Below, piece by piece: positions 43,721-59,361 of a DNA stretch of 64,000 nucleotides. The position numbers and the translations under genes are program-made. Within the stretch, counting starts at the first letter, position 1, and every line of letters begins with the position of its first letter. Below the pieces are notes generated by a model. It had not been told where the DNA came from and searched no databases. It saw only the letters and a list, made by a program, of their open reading frames with translations. The DNA is from the human T2T-CHM13v2.0 reference genome, Homo sapiens, in assembly GCF_009914755.1 (NCBI RefSeq), contig NC_060939.1, one strand, 5' to 3'.

Positions 43721-44691
43721 ATGCAATTGTGGTAAAACTTGAAAAAAGATCAAATTGATGGAATAGTGTAACCAATAGAGATTTTGAAATATTTATCAAG
43801 GGAGCCCTATTAATAGAGCTGAAATTTGGAAAATAACAAGATTTTCACTGGTCCAAGAGGGCAATGCAATTCAGAAGGACAGAAAGGGGCAGATATGATA
43901 GAAACAGCATGGCCCATGGGAGGGACTCTACAGTGGATTGAGGATGAGGAGGCTGGAGAAGAGGCTGAGGGGAGTCAGGGCTCACATCCTGTCCTGAGAA
44001 CAGAGAAGAGCACAAGAAACAGGTTCATTTTCAAGCTCAAACTCTCTTCAGATTGAAAGAAAGTTAGTTTCTTGGGAAGCAGACAAGAATATACGTGAAG
44101 AGTTTGAGAGATTCATTAATTTCTTTGGGAAAATCAACATAAAGGAAAATCTTTTATGTTGCTCTTTGTCCATTACATGGGTGGGGCTCACGGGGGAACA
44201 ACATAGACAAAGATTTCCTCTTCTTTGATATATCAGTTCAGTGGAGATTCAGAAAACTCAACGGAAACGAAATTGCAGGTGGAAGAGTTGCCATTGGGAA
44301 CTGAGAGGACAGGCATCAGACCTGGAATGGGATGGGCAAGAGAGGCCTCCAGCAGGAGGAGCATTGGAGGAGATTCTGGAGGATGAGGAGCAGTGAGTCC
44401 AGCAAACAGGGGAGGGAAAGGAAAGAGGAAACAGTGTGTCCATGGCACAGACAAAGACATGAGAAGAGAGCAGGGGATTTAAATGTCCTCTAGAAATAAT
44501 AATATGTGAAAAGTCCTGGAGCAGGAAGAGCAGGCCATGGAAGGACTGGGCCTTGGTTCAGTGGATGTTTTCCGCAGGACATACACAGGTTCATACTTCT
44601 GGGTCTGCACATCCTCTTACCTGTTCCTTGATATTTCACTACAAACCGGATAATTTTTTCATGTGTCTCAGAGTATAAAGTGTTACAATGA

Positions 44692-44829
44692 TAGCAATAA
44701 CACAAGATCTGGGAGGGATAAATTAGTATTCTTTTATTAGCAATAACATAAGATCTGGGAGGGATAAATTAGTATTCTTTTGTTAGCAATAACATAAGAT
44801 CTGGGAGGGATAAATTAGTATTCTTTTGT
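44692..44829. repeat. 46-bp minisatellite, 3 copies
   Basis: tagcaataaca(c/t)aagatctgggagggataaattagtattctttt(a/g)t starting at 44692, 44738 and 44784. Confidence 0.95.
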
Positions 44830-45794
44830 TATTATACAGTACTTACACTCCCTGTATAGCAATATAGTGTTATTTGAAAGAGGCTTGGGTTAGTTGTAAA
44901 TAATATCGCAAATTCTAGGAATGGTTATTGAATCAAGAGCCTTAGATACTTTCTGGTCATTGGACCCAGCCTACATTCAATTCCTTCCCATGCTGGCATT
45001 TCCCACGTGGCCAAACACTGCATCAAAGCCATCAAGAGATAAAATTTGCTAGTAAAACAGAAATCACAAGTATGTCTTATAGTCAGCCAAGTGACAACCT
45101 ATTACCTTTGCAGTATCTGCTGTTTCAAAGCAAGCTACATGTGCTGTCCCTAGTCAAGAGTAGAGGGCTGTTCAGATTCCACATATAAGTGAGATCATAT
45201 AATATTTGTCACTCTGTTCTTGGCTTGTTTCCTCAGCATAATTTTCTCTAGGTTCGTCCATGTTGTTGCAAATGACAGATTTTTGTTTGTTTTTGTAAAC
45301 CAAATAGTAGTCCATTGTGTATATATGCCACATTTTTAAAAACTTTCATCCCATTGATAGTCACTTTAGGAGTTTCCATAACCTGGCAACAGTGACTAAT
45401 GCTGGAATAGACAGGGAAGTGGAAAGGACTCTTCAACACACTGATTTCAATTCATTTTGGCACATACCCAGACATTGAATTGCTTCATCATATGATAATA
45501 CTATTTTTTGTGTTTTGAGGAACCTCCATGTTTTCTTCCAAAACAGCTGCACTATTTTGCAATGTCACCAACAGAGCAAAATGGTTGCCTTTCTCCACAC
45601 CCTCACCAACGCTTGTTATGTTTCATCTTTCTGACAATAGCCAATGTATCAGGTGTGAAGTGATACTCACTGTAATTTTAATTTGCACTTATCCAGTTAT
45701 TAAAAATGTTGAGCAGTTTTTCATATATTGTTTGGCCATTTTTATTCCTTCGTTAGGGAAATGTTTGTTTAGGTCCTTTGCCTATGTTTTTAAT

Positions 45795-46070
45795 ACTGAG
45801 TCTTGTTCTGTTGTCCAGGCTGGAGTGCCGTGGCACAATTATGGTTCACCAGCCTCAACCTCCTGGGATCAAGCAATCGTCTCACCTCAGCCTCCTGAGT
45901 AGCTGGACTGCAGGTGAGTACCACTATGCCTGGCTAATTTTTGTATTTGTTGTAGAGATGGGGTCTTGCTATGTTGCTCAGGCAGGTCTTGAATTCTTGG
46001 GCTCAAGCGATCCTCCTTCCCAGGCCTCTCGAAGTGCTAGGATAATAAGGGTGAGTCACTACACCTGGCC
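45795..46070 (-). mobile_element. AluJ
   Basis: Antisense Alu with 'gaattcttgggctcaagcgatcc'. Confidence 0.92.
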
Positions 46071-46080
46071 CTTTGCTCAG

Positions 46081-46380
<300 letters not shown>

Positions 46381-46923
46381 CCCTTGCTTATTTTCTACGT
46401 TGTTGTTTGTAGTCCTGTTATTGAGAAGTCTGGGATTCTTGTATATTCTTAAATTATTTTGTAATTAAAGTGTTGTTTAAAAAGTATTATTTTGGTACAG
46501 AAAAAAGAAACAATCCAAACACAGACATAAACAAGTGACCTTTGGCTCAGGTGATGAATGGACACATGGGAGTGTATGAAAAAGCAGCTTCCTTATTTAT
46601 TCACGATTCTAAACTCCTGGGCACCTACTTAAGAAAGACACCATCAAGCTCCAGGGACCCTTCTCCTTTGCCTTATTCCCCTTTCTCCCTTTTTATACTC
46701 TTTTTCTTCAGTCACCACTTTCAGTGTCAGTAACCACTTCTTAAAAGATAGGTTCCTATGTCTCATATATCACAGAAAGCCCATATTCAAACATCCTATG
46801 GCAGTGTTATCTGCAGGATCCCACTAAAGCCATTTTGGATGATATGACATGTGGACACTCAAAACCAAGAATGAGAAATATCAATGACAGGGAACATAAA
46901 CCATATTTCTTCATCTAGGAGAG

Positions 46924-47434
46924 TGATATGGTTTGGATGTTTGTCCTCTCCAAATCTCAAGTTGAAATGTGATTCCCAATGTTGGAGGTGGGGCCTGGTG
47001 GGAGGTGATCCCTCATGATTCTTTGGAGAGTGATATGGTTTGGATGTTTGTCCTCTCCAAATCTCAAGTTGAAACGTGATTCCCAATGTTGGAGGTGGGG
47101 CCTGGTGGGAGGTGATCTCTCATGATTCTTTAGCACTATCCCTTCGTGATAAGTGAGTTTTCACTGAGTTAGTTAGCTCACCCAAGATCTGGCTGCTTAA
47201 AAGTCCTGGACCTACCCTTCTTCTCTTCCTTCCTTCTGCTCTTGCTATAAAAAACACCTGCTCCTGCTTCACCTTCCCCCACGAGTACAAGCTTCCTGCG
47301 CCTCCCCAGAAGCCAAGCAGATGTTGGTGCCATGCTTATACAGCCCTACAGAATAGGGAACCAGTTAAACCTCTTTTCTTTATGAATTATCCAGCCTCAG
47401 GTATTTTTTAAAACAATGCAAATGGCCTAATACA
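46924..47434 (+). mobile_element. MST (MSTB-like) MaLR solo LTR with a 107-bp tandem duplication of its 5' end
   Basis: 'tgatatggtttggatgtttgtcc...ggcctaataca'; 46918-47024 repeated at 47025-47131; flanks gagag/gatag. Confidence 0.88.
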
Positions 47435-48301
47435 GATAGCATTTCCTTATTACAAGAATTATTTAATTTTCAAATGACAACTGTACCTTCAAGTTTCTCA
47501 GGGCATCCTGTGATAATTAAGCTCTTTTCATTCTACTGACCCTACAGACTCCATCAGGAATTGACCACGTATTCTGTTGACAATTACACTGTAGAATTTT
47601 GTTGCCCATTGCAAGCCTAAAAGCCACAGAATAGATATTGTCATGGTCATAGGTGAGCTGTGTAAAAAAAAAAAAAATGTTTATAAACCTATTGGTTAAA
47701 GCCACTCCGTATTTACAACCAAACTGCTTAAAGGTTAAAATTAACCTTTTGATTTTTGGCAGGTGCAGGCTAGTAACTTATTCAGAATGTGTTGTGCACA
47801 GGTGAAGAAAGCCTAGCAGAAAAAAAGAAAGACAAAAATACAACAACCCGATACAACACATCTTCAACATTCCTGCAGTGATACATGAGATAGACACAGG
47901 CTGAATGGTGACTCTGCATATGTGCTGGCTAAACAAAGAATCCCCATAGTGGATAGAACTGTCCACTCATCCCCTGCACAGCTGCCTATTCACAGACCAC
48001 AGCACTGTGCTGGGTAGCACCAGGGTTTTGTCCAAGAACCATGTCTACAAAGCCTACAGTGACATGAGAATGCATACTGCACTCACATAGACATCCACGA
48101 AGTCCAGATTCTTTTTCTTTTTCAGATCATTATCATCCTCCACACAACATTCATAGCTTCAGTGAGGAGACTGGCTTCTGCAGGCTTGGAGGTCTGAAGT
48201 GAGAGATACAGTTGACCTGACCACATTTCTCACTTCTGAGATTAAAAGAACAGTTAACTTAAGGGCTGTTATTTTGTGCATTTGCAAATTAAGAAAACTT
48301 T

Positions 48302-48712
<411 letters not shown>

Positions 48713-49395
48713 TTATTATAATGGGAGTTCTGCTAACAGAGAAATGTCTTGTCAAATTCACTTTTCATCTTCATTTCAATGCACACATTACAGTCTATCA
48801 TGATTTATACTGGGAACAGCATATAGATCACCAAATTCTTCCTAAAAGCTGGGGGAAGAGAATGGCAAGCCATGAAAGAGACATAAGTACATATGGACAA
48901 AAAGGACCCATCTCAAATGACAAGAGGGTCAATGAGCTCCAAGTGCCCAGAGCAGGAGAAGACTGGTGATACATATAGGACTGTGCTAACGTGATGTCAC
49001 AGGCACAGAGGACACCGTGCTGAGCACCGAGTTCCCAAACATAACTCTCTCATGGAATGGAAGACATGGTTTCCCAAAACCTACTAAGCAACCTATAACC
49101 AGATTTCACTGAAGTTAGACTCTACCAGAATTCTCAGAAAGATGCCATTGCAAACATCCCAAATGCAGAGCACATGGTGAGGCCATAACCCAATGCCCTT
49201 TCTCCACATTCAAGCCTGAATAGAAGAAATTAGAATTCAAAGAATGCATGACTAACATATATTACATCAGATATTGGTGTTAATTTTATTGAGCCTTCCT
49301 GGAAACTGAAAGTCTATTTTCGAATACAAACAACATTCTAAATTATATGTGTTTCTTCTTTATTCAACATATTCATCAAAGAATACCAAAACCCA

Positions 49396-49827
<432 letters not shown>

Positions 49828-50129
49828 TCACCATCCACAGAATTAGAAAGTAGAATGGGAGAAAATTAGATACACAGTTGTTCTGGAATGAAGCACTGGA
49901 TTTAGAAGGCAGATTACAGGGAAAATTGCTCTTATTTCTAATATTAGGGCAGAAATTCTCAATTACATTTTTTTCTAACTCTACAGAACACTACAACTCC
50001 AGCACAAACATTGAACTACCTCTTTGCCATTTCTACCTTCCCCCTTAATGGATTTCCTGAACCATTGCTTATAAAATTATCTCTGTAGTTTAATACAAAG
50101 ATAATATATTAATATGCTCTATTTTTCTT

Positions 50130-50930
50130 ATTTCTATTTTACTCTTCAGGTATTCCTCCGGACAATGTAATGCTAACCTAGCCCAATGAGAATTGATAGA
50201 ATTTGGTCATAAGTGTTTAAAATGTGCCTCTATATATTCTGTTAGATAGCCAAATGCATAAGTGTGTGACCCATGACCAGGGGTTCCTCTCACAGAAAAT
50301 GTGTTTATACTGGAAAACAACCTTGTGGCTCTGAACTGCATCTGGTTTACTTCTACTAAAATAACCAGTCTCTGGGAAAGTCCTGACTTGAAAAAAATTC
50401 AGGTATATTAGTCGAATGAGACATAGAGGAGTCAACTCAACAAAACACATGAAATAACAGATTCAGTGCATTACTTACAGATCCCAGAGAGAGCAGAGCA
50501 GAATGCCTCAGATGGCCAAAGGGGGAGCCATTCTGGACACACACTCACACGGCTGAGAGAGGGGCCCATAGCTGAGGCCTTTATTGGGGTCCAGTGTGTT
50601 ATTCAAGCAACCTTCTCACAGGGGGTTCTAACTGCTGGGTTTACAGGAAGCAAGCATGAATCCTATAGAGTCACACTGGGACAAAGAGGTGGTCACTGTG
50701 GCATATTCACACAGCCCACATGAGATATGGATGGTCAGGGGGCAAAGTCAGATGCTTCATCTAGCTATCTCATAAGGAGTGGCTGTATAAAGTCTGTATC
50801 TAGAACAACTGCATAAAGAAAGTGGGAGGGATTAGAGAACTGGAAAATGTGTGAAACGTGTTAAGTCCTGCTTCTGGTATGACCAAGATAAACATAATTC
50901 AAAATAGATGCTGAGGCAACATAAAACTAT
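50130..50930. mobile_element. ERVL LTR (MER74/MER73-like), paralog of 16505-17348
   Basis: Shared 'gccaaatgcataagt', 'caaaacacatgaaata' and 'aaaatagatgctgaggcaa'. Confidence 0.7.
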
Positions 50931-51060
50931 AAAATTATAAAAATTAAAATCATGTAAAGTAGAAATTACAACAGTACTCTAATAATCTCACATATAGCTA
51001 GGTAGAAGGTAAATGAAATGGGCTAATTTATATAAAATTATGTTTGAAAAAGTCTTCTTG

Positions 51061-51690
51061 AGCCAGACGCGGTGGCTCACGCCTATAATCCCAGCACTTT
51101 GGGAGGCCTAGGCGGGCAGATCAGACCAGCCTGACCAACATAGTGAAACCCCGTCTCTGCTAAAAAACACAAAAATTAGCCAGGCATGGTGGTGTGCGCC
51201 TGTAATCCCAGCTACTCAGGAGGCTGAGGCAGGAGAATCACTTGAACCCGGGAGGTGGAGGTTGCGGTGAGCCTGAGCCAAGATCATGCCATTACACTCC
51301 AGCCTGGGCAAAAAGAGCAAAATTTCATCTCCAAAAAAAAAAAGAAAGAAAAAAAAAAAGAAAAAGAAAAAGAAAAAAATCTTCTTGGCTAGGCATGGTG
51401 ATTCATGCCTATAATCGGAGGAATTTGGAAAGCTGAGGTGGGAGGATTGTCAGGAGTTCAAGACCAGCCTAGGCAACACAGCAAGACCCCAACTCTACAA
51501 AAAAACAAAATTTTTTTCCAAAGTGGCTGGGCATGGTGGCACATGCCTATAGTCCCAGCTACTCAGGAGGCTAAAGCAAAAGGATCCCTTGAGACCAGGC
51601 ATTGGAAGCTGCTGTGAGATATGATCACACCACTACATTCCAGCCAAGGTAATACAGCAAGACCCTATCTCTTAAATAATAATAATAATA
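51061..51690 (+). mobile_element. Two tandem Alus: AluS (51061-51378) and AluJ (51387-51690)
   Basis: Two Alu bodies separated by a repeat of tcttctt. Confidence 0.92.
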
Positions 51691-51811
51691 GACCAGAATT
51701 CAGCAGACAAGTCACTATGATATCACACTGTGAAGTGAGCAGTCACAGAAAAAATATAGTGTGTTCCATTATTGCTAGAGTACATATTTTCACATCTTTC
51801 AAACACATATG

Positions 51812-52232
51812 TACTATGGTTTAGATCTTTGGCCCCCCAGACCTCCTGTTATAAATTGATCCCCAATGTTGGAAGTAGGATCTGATAGGAGGTGCTTGAG
51901 TTTTGGGGGAAATCCCTCAAGAATGGCTTGGTATTGTTCTCATGGCAATGAGTGAGTACTTACTCTGCTAATTTCGAGGAGAGCTGGTTGCTGAAAAGAG
52001 CCCAACATTTGCCCCCTCTCTTGCTTCCTCTCTCACCATGTGATCTCTGCACACACAAGCTCCCCTTTTCTTTCTGTCATGAGTAGAACCAGCTTGAGAC
52101 CCCAGTCAGAAGAAAGTATTGGTGCCATGCTTCTTTTACAGTCCATAGAACTGTGAGCTAAATAAATTTCTTTTCTTTATAAATTACCCAGACTCAAGTA
52201 TTCCTTCCTAGCGATACAAATGAACTAAGACA
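51812..52232 (+). mobile_element. MST-family MaLR solo LTR
   Basis: 'ctatggtttagat...ctttataaattacccagactcaagtattcc...gaactaagaca'. Confidence 0.85.
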
Positions 52233-52406
52233 AAATGCTTCTTAAAATTGATAGTGTCAAAACACTATTGGTCAAAATGCAGACTTTTTGTGGTTGTCCT
52301 TATATGAATGCACATGAACCTGTCCTAGAAACCTTCCATTGACACCTTCTTTTAATATCATCAACACAAAACTTGCAGAGGAGCTGTCAGCAGGTTGGAA
52401 AGATAA

Positions 52407-53052
<646 letters not shown>

Positions 53053-54189
53053 AATACCTTTTTTAACGTGATTTGCTTATATTTGCATCTCATTGGAGTG
53101 ATATAAAACAAATATCCACATTTATATATGTCGAAAAGAGTTATTGTCATTAATTGTGAGGTAAAAATTATAAGGTGTAGGAAGTATTTGTACCATATCT
53201 TGTCAATGATTTTATTCCTTTACTATGGCGTAAAATAATGATGTATTTTACAATTGATACAAAAAATATATTTAAATTACTTAGAAAACACTGTCAATAT
53301 TAGCATACTGATGTTGTGATTAGTATAGACCTGATATTTATCTACAGGCATTATGTATCATTAGTTCATTCATTTCTCCCAAAATATCAAAAGGTAGGTT
53401 CTATTACCACTCCTAAGTACAAGTTCTGAATTTGAGCTAAAGCCCTGCAAAAAAAGGGCTGTCTCCATAGTCCTTGCTCACATAAACTATGTTAGAAAAT
53501 GTTTTTCTGTTAAATTGTGAATACATTGTAGGTCTAATTTAATAAATCTTATGCTAGCCTATAGTCATGAAGATATTTTCCTAACATAGGTTGTAAATAC
53601 TGTATTAAAAGGTATTTATATTTGGGTCTATGATGCACCTGCAATTAATTTTATGTGTAATGTGAAGTTAAAGGTACATTTAACTTCCCCCAATGAACAT
53701 TAATTTCCTAGAACATTGATTGTAAAAGCCATCTTTCTACTAATAACTGCTCTTATTAATTATTTGCATTTATATTATTTTGTCTGTTTTGAGCTTTCCT
53801 TTATTTCATTGGTTCACCTTTCTATCTGTGCAAATATTACATTGTCTTAATTACTAAGAGTCTTCATTTAATACAAGAATTTTCCATCCACAGCCCTTTA
53901 GCCTATCTACTGTGGTGTTCTAAAAGGAAGAAAGAGGCTAGTAAATCCTGGATACTTTGCTCCTACACCAATATTCCCAGCTGTACCTTGAAATAAAAGG
54001 ATTTAGAACTTTAGAACATTGCTGTTGTTGCTTATGTCTCTAATGTTCTCTTGAATCTTGACAATCCCCGAACACTGCTCCCCGCTTTATTTGTTTAGTC
54101 CAGTCCCAGTGAAATAAATTAGATGTCAAGGCTCCTCATTATGGTTGCCTGGTTTTTGGAACCTGGGGTACTTTGTACTCCTCCAGCAA

Positions 54190-54477
54190 CAGCCAGAGGT
54201 GGCAGAGAGCTGTCAGTCATCCCTGGGTGCCTCCTGCGCAAGCGCAGTTGTCCTCCTGCGCCGACCTCGAATGCGGTCCTCCTGCTGCAGACCACGCCCA
54301 CCAAGGGCTGGCCGCAGCCACTGTAGCTGAGCTCAGAGCCTTCTGTGTGGTTTGCGGGGGCAAGGTCAGCTGCCCCCTGCCCTCTCTCTGGGGCTATTTG
54401 AGGAATGCGGCCTTTTTGCATAAGAAAGGCTTTTCTCTACAGTAACTGTGGTCGCTGATCAATGACACCTTCCTGGT
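54190..54477. promoter_or_regulatory. Small CpG-retaining promoter-like element
   Basis: 11 CpGs in 54235-54455 against a CpG-poor background; NRF1-like TGCGCAAGCGCA at 54235-54246; GC box CCACGCCC at 54292-54299; possible donor CTG|GTAACA at 54476. Confidence 0.6.
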
Positions 54478-56148
54478 AACATTTCATATTGCTTTTTTGG
54501 AGGTGGGGGTGCAGATATCTTTAAAACTTGCATGCGATTGTCTTTCTTTTAATCACATAAACATCATTTAAAACCAATTCATATTTTGTATTGTATATTA
54601 ATGCCTTTCATTCCTGTATTTTAAAATGCTATCATAATCATTTTTCGAAATACATATTTAATTATTTTCATCTGTTCAATCATCTTTCTTTAGTAATTAA
54701 ATGAAAATAGCACTTTATTAAGAAAGACAAATGTTACATATTCTCTGTTTTAGTGTTTTCCAGAAATTTGCTATGAAATACGACTGGTTGAAAAGGAGAG
54801 GGTCAGAGACTTTCCTGAGAGCCACAGGACAAAATTTACTTACAATCGCAGGCTTAAAGAAGCTATGATAGTTTAAATTACGTGGCTTAGTTTGTTCTTA
54901 TTGTGGAAGGTGCACAAGGAATTAATTTGTGTAGACAGAACACTGAGAGTCCCATTCTGAATGCAGAGACAGCTACTTTGCTACCGTGCAAATGAGTGTC
55001 GTCATATTGTTTGTTTTTCTCCTTACCCAAAAGCTATAGACATTGGCTTGCATATTTGATTATTTTCACTTTGGTTTTGTAAATGGCTGCTTGACTTGCC
55101 TTCCTACAGAAAATCCATAATACAGAGATGTATTATTTTCTTACTCCTTTATGAGTGATTAGTTTGCACTGAAATAAAAATGCCACTCAGGAAATGTCAT
55201 ACATCTTCAAGCAGCATATATTTTAATAGTATCATCTTGTAGAAAGGGAATTACAATCTTTATTTCTTCTATATCAATGAGCAAACTACTTTTTTAATTT
55301 TTATATGTTCATTTTTATTGACTTAGTCAATAGTTTACCTACTTTTTAGGTTTTACGTGCTCCATTAATGTCCATTGTTTTAGGCTGAACCTTTGACACT
55401 CCTCATATATCGTTTGTATGAGACTAGATGGCAAGTAAAGATAGGATTCCTCACCCTTAGGTTAAACACTAACTTCCTCTTGAAGAAACAACTTAGGAGT
55501 CCAAAAAGCAGGCTAGGAATTGTTTAGGTTCTGCAATACGAATTGTGCAAATGCCAACAGGATTGAATTGAGAGAAACACATTCTCTAATGAAGGACTCA
55601 TTCCTGCAGGGTGGATCTATGAGATTCAATAGCAAATGGCTGTTATACAAGTAATGAAATCCTCAATCTTATGGTCTAAAAGCGATTCTGGGGGGCACTT
55701 ATTTAAGATACATGAGATGTGAAAAAGCAATGGACCAAGAGCATTGATAGTTTATGGATATTTTTATTTCACATTATTGATAGAGCTTTGTTTGCCAGGC
55801 AATGCTGCAGTCAGGCACTCGGGGTTTCAATACCCTATACAGAAAATCTCAAGAGCAGACCTTGGTTAATTTTTTTAAGTAACCCTCATCTTCATTCTTT
55901 TATTGTATTATGACCTCGCGCCATTGACCTTAAATTTCACTACAAATTTAGAAGAACCTAATAGTCATTGCAAACTAGATAGATAATGGTATTTATGTAA
56001 TGAAGGACAAGGGAAAGATGATTCCCAAATCTGAAAGAAACTAGAAGTTTTCTGGGGAAACAAATAGAGGAGATAAGATTTACTGGTTTATTCTTCATTG
56101 ATGAGAGTTGCGTTCTGTTCTGATAAATGGAAAGCTCCATTGAAATTA

Positions 56149-56547
56149 CAGATGGTCCTCAACTTAAGTTGGGGCTACTTCCCAATAAACCATATTGAAA
56201 ATGGTTTCATAAATTGAAAATATCACCATAAATTGAAATATCATAAATTGAAAATATCACCAGTCAAAATGTGTTCAACATGCCTACCTTACTGAACATC
56301 ATACTTTAGTCTAGCCTGTCTTAAGAGTGCTCAGAACACTTATATTTGCCTACATTTGTACAAAATCATCTAACAGAAACCATATTTTATAATGTGTTAA
56401 ATATCTCATGTAACTTATTGAATACTGCAATGAAAATGAAAAGCAGAATGGTTGTATGGGTACTCGAAGTACAATTTCTACTGAATGTGTATTGCTTTCT
56501 CACAATTATAAAGTTGGGAAATCTGAAGTCATACCTCAGGGAGTGCT
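56149..56547. mobile_element. MER47A-like MITE (paralog of 20412)
   Basis: 'cagatggtcctcaacttaag...gaatggttgtatgggtactcgaagtac'. Confidence 0.8.
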
Positions 56548-57842
56548 TTTATTACACAATACAGGTTTATCAGACGCATATACCAACAAATCATAGGAAA
56601 TTCAGGTTTGGGTCAAGGGGGAGGGGTTCAACCTACTTATACATATTTCCTTCCTCTCTGTTGGGCTACCTTTATCCTTGGGATTGTTGCAAGATGGCCG
56701 TGTCATGTAAAGGGCTGTGTCTTTTAGCATCATGAATAAGATGAAAGAGTTGAAGGCCAACTTCATTCAAATGTCTTCTCGATGTGTCCTTCCCTTTTTC
56801 TCCTGGACTGCTCTGTGATCCATGTCTCTGTAGAAAATGGCTGGCATAAGTCAATTTCTGACTGGGAGCTGTCATGATTACTGTCTCCCACTGTTAACAC
56901 TGTACTTGGAGGTCTTGATGGAATTGGGCAAACCTGTTCTTTCAGACCCTCAGTTTCATCTCAACACAAAACTCTCCAAAAGTCCTTGCTGCTCCACAGC
57001 AGGGAACTCTCTTTAAGCAATAACATGAGGAAATAGTGGGCTTGCATGGCTGCCTCACATCCCTCAGGTATCACTGTGCTCATTGCCTGATGTACTGTGT
57101 CTTGCCAACCATCATTCCACGTAATTTACCCATTCTTGGTTTTTACATTGGTTAAGGCATGTACAAACCCTGTTAGTTTTTCTGCAGTATTTGGATTCAT
57201 ACCTTCTGAAATTACTTGACGATTACTGTGTCTCTGGTTATTTGCTTCTAGTTGGCAATACAAAGGAACAATGTGAATGAAACTCATAAAGAAAAACCTA
57301 TGATTTAATGGGCGTGTGTAACACTAGAGGGAAGGTCAGAGTTAGTCTATGCATGGGTATAGGTAGGAGTCTCAGTGGGTGTCAGCCATTCTGTGTCAAC
57401 AAATCAAATATTTAAGGTGGATCTAAAAGAAAGGTAATATCTCTGCCAATTAAACTAGAGTCACGCATTGATTAATGGCAAATACAGTCTAAGAAGTGCA
57501 TTTTTAGGCAATTTTGTCATTATGAGAACAACGTAGAGAGTACTTACACAAACTTAGATGGTATAGCCTACTACATGGCTAGGCTATATGGTAAAGCATG
57601 TTGCTTCTAGGCTACAAACCTTTACTGAACTGTAAGCAATGATAACGCGATGGTATCATATCCCATATATATACACATACACACACATACATATATATAC
57701 ATATACTATAGTAAAAATATGATATAAAACATTTTTTAACTGGTACTGCTGTTTAAAGCAGATATCATGAGTGGATTTTGCAGGACCGGAAGTTCATCCA
57801 GGTGAGTGAGTGAGTGAGTTGTGAGTGAAGGTGAAGGTCTAG

Positions 57843-58188
<346 letters not shown>

Positions 58189-58237
58189 AACACTGTATGC
58201 TTACGCTATACTAAATTTATTTTAAAAACCTGAAGTA

Positions 58238-58532
58238 GGCCAGGCGCAGTAGCTCACATCTGTAATCCCAGCACTTTGGGAGGTTGAGGCAGGAGGATCA
58301 CGAGGTCAGGAGTTCGAGACCAGCCTGACCAAGATGGTGAAACCCTGTCTCTACTAAAAATACAAAAATTAGCCGGGCATTGTGGCACATGCCTGTAATC
58401 CCAGCTACTCAGGAGGCTGAGGCAGGAGAATCACTTGAACCCAGGAGGCAGAGGTTACAGTGAGCCAAGACTGCGCCACTGCACTCCAGACTGGGTGACA
58501 AAGCGAGACTCCATCTCAAAAAAAAAAAAAAA
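58238..58532 (+). mobile_element. AluSg-like
   Basis: 'gatcacgaggtcaggagttcgagacc'; flanked by cctgaa(g/a)ta. Confidence 0.95.
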
Positions 58533-59111
58533 TCCTGAAATACTAATGACATTATGATTGCTACAATGTCACAAGATAAGATAAATTTTCAACTCCATTG
58601 CAATCTTATGGGACCAGCAACGTGCATATTGTCTGTTGTTGACCAAAACGGCCCTTATGTGGTACATGACCCTATACACATAACAGCATATTTTATGTTT
58701 ATGGAAAAAGCCCTTCTAGAATTATAAAATCACAAGTTTTACTCACATAAAATTTAACACAATATTGAGATTAACTCATAAATGAAATTACAAAAGTCTT
58801 AAAATTTTGACTATGATAGTTCTAAACAAGATTTTAATCCAGAGAAATGAATGTGTTCACGTAATCCTCTGTGGCATAAAGAGTAATGGCAATGAAACAT
58901 TTCTTAATAAAACAGGCTGCATCATTGTCAGTGCGATTTGCACCTTCCCGTTGACATCCATTCTGTAGGTATTGAATGCAGGTGATCTTACCTGAAGGTG
59001 ACAACAGAAGATTTTATTACAAGATCACGCATGTGCCCTCAATAACGCCATGTCATTGATGCCACCAGGGTAACAGCTATTGTGATAAAATTTGAAAAAT
59101 AAACATATGTG

Positions 59112-59222
59112 GCTTGAACCCGGGAGGCGGAGCTTGCTGTGAGCTGAGATCGCGCCACTGCACTCCAGCCTGGGCGACAGAGCGAGACTCCGTCTCGAAA
59201 AAAACAAGAAAGAAAAAAGAAA
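59112..59222 (+). mobile_element. 5'-truncated AluY with TSD gaaaaataaacata
   Basis: Only the 3' ~90 nt plus an A-rich tail. Confidence 0.9.
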
Positions 59223-59274
59223 GAAAAATAAACATACGCTAAAAATTTAGAAGGATAGTAAGTAATAAGCATTT

Positions 59275-59361
59275 GATTGCTTGAGCCCAGGAATTGGAGG
59301 CTGCTATGCTCTGTGATCACAACTATGAATATCCATTGCACTGCAGCCTGAGAAATATAGC
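59275..59361 (+). mobile_element. Old Alu/FLAM 3' fragment
   Basis: 'gattgcttgagcccaggaattggaggctgc...gcactgcagcctg'. Confidence 0.7.

Noticed and set aside
58985-59080. Minus-strand exon with donor CAG|GTAAG
   Set aside because: Lies within the Kanga relic, has stops in all three frames, and the donor is lost in U1 and U2
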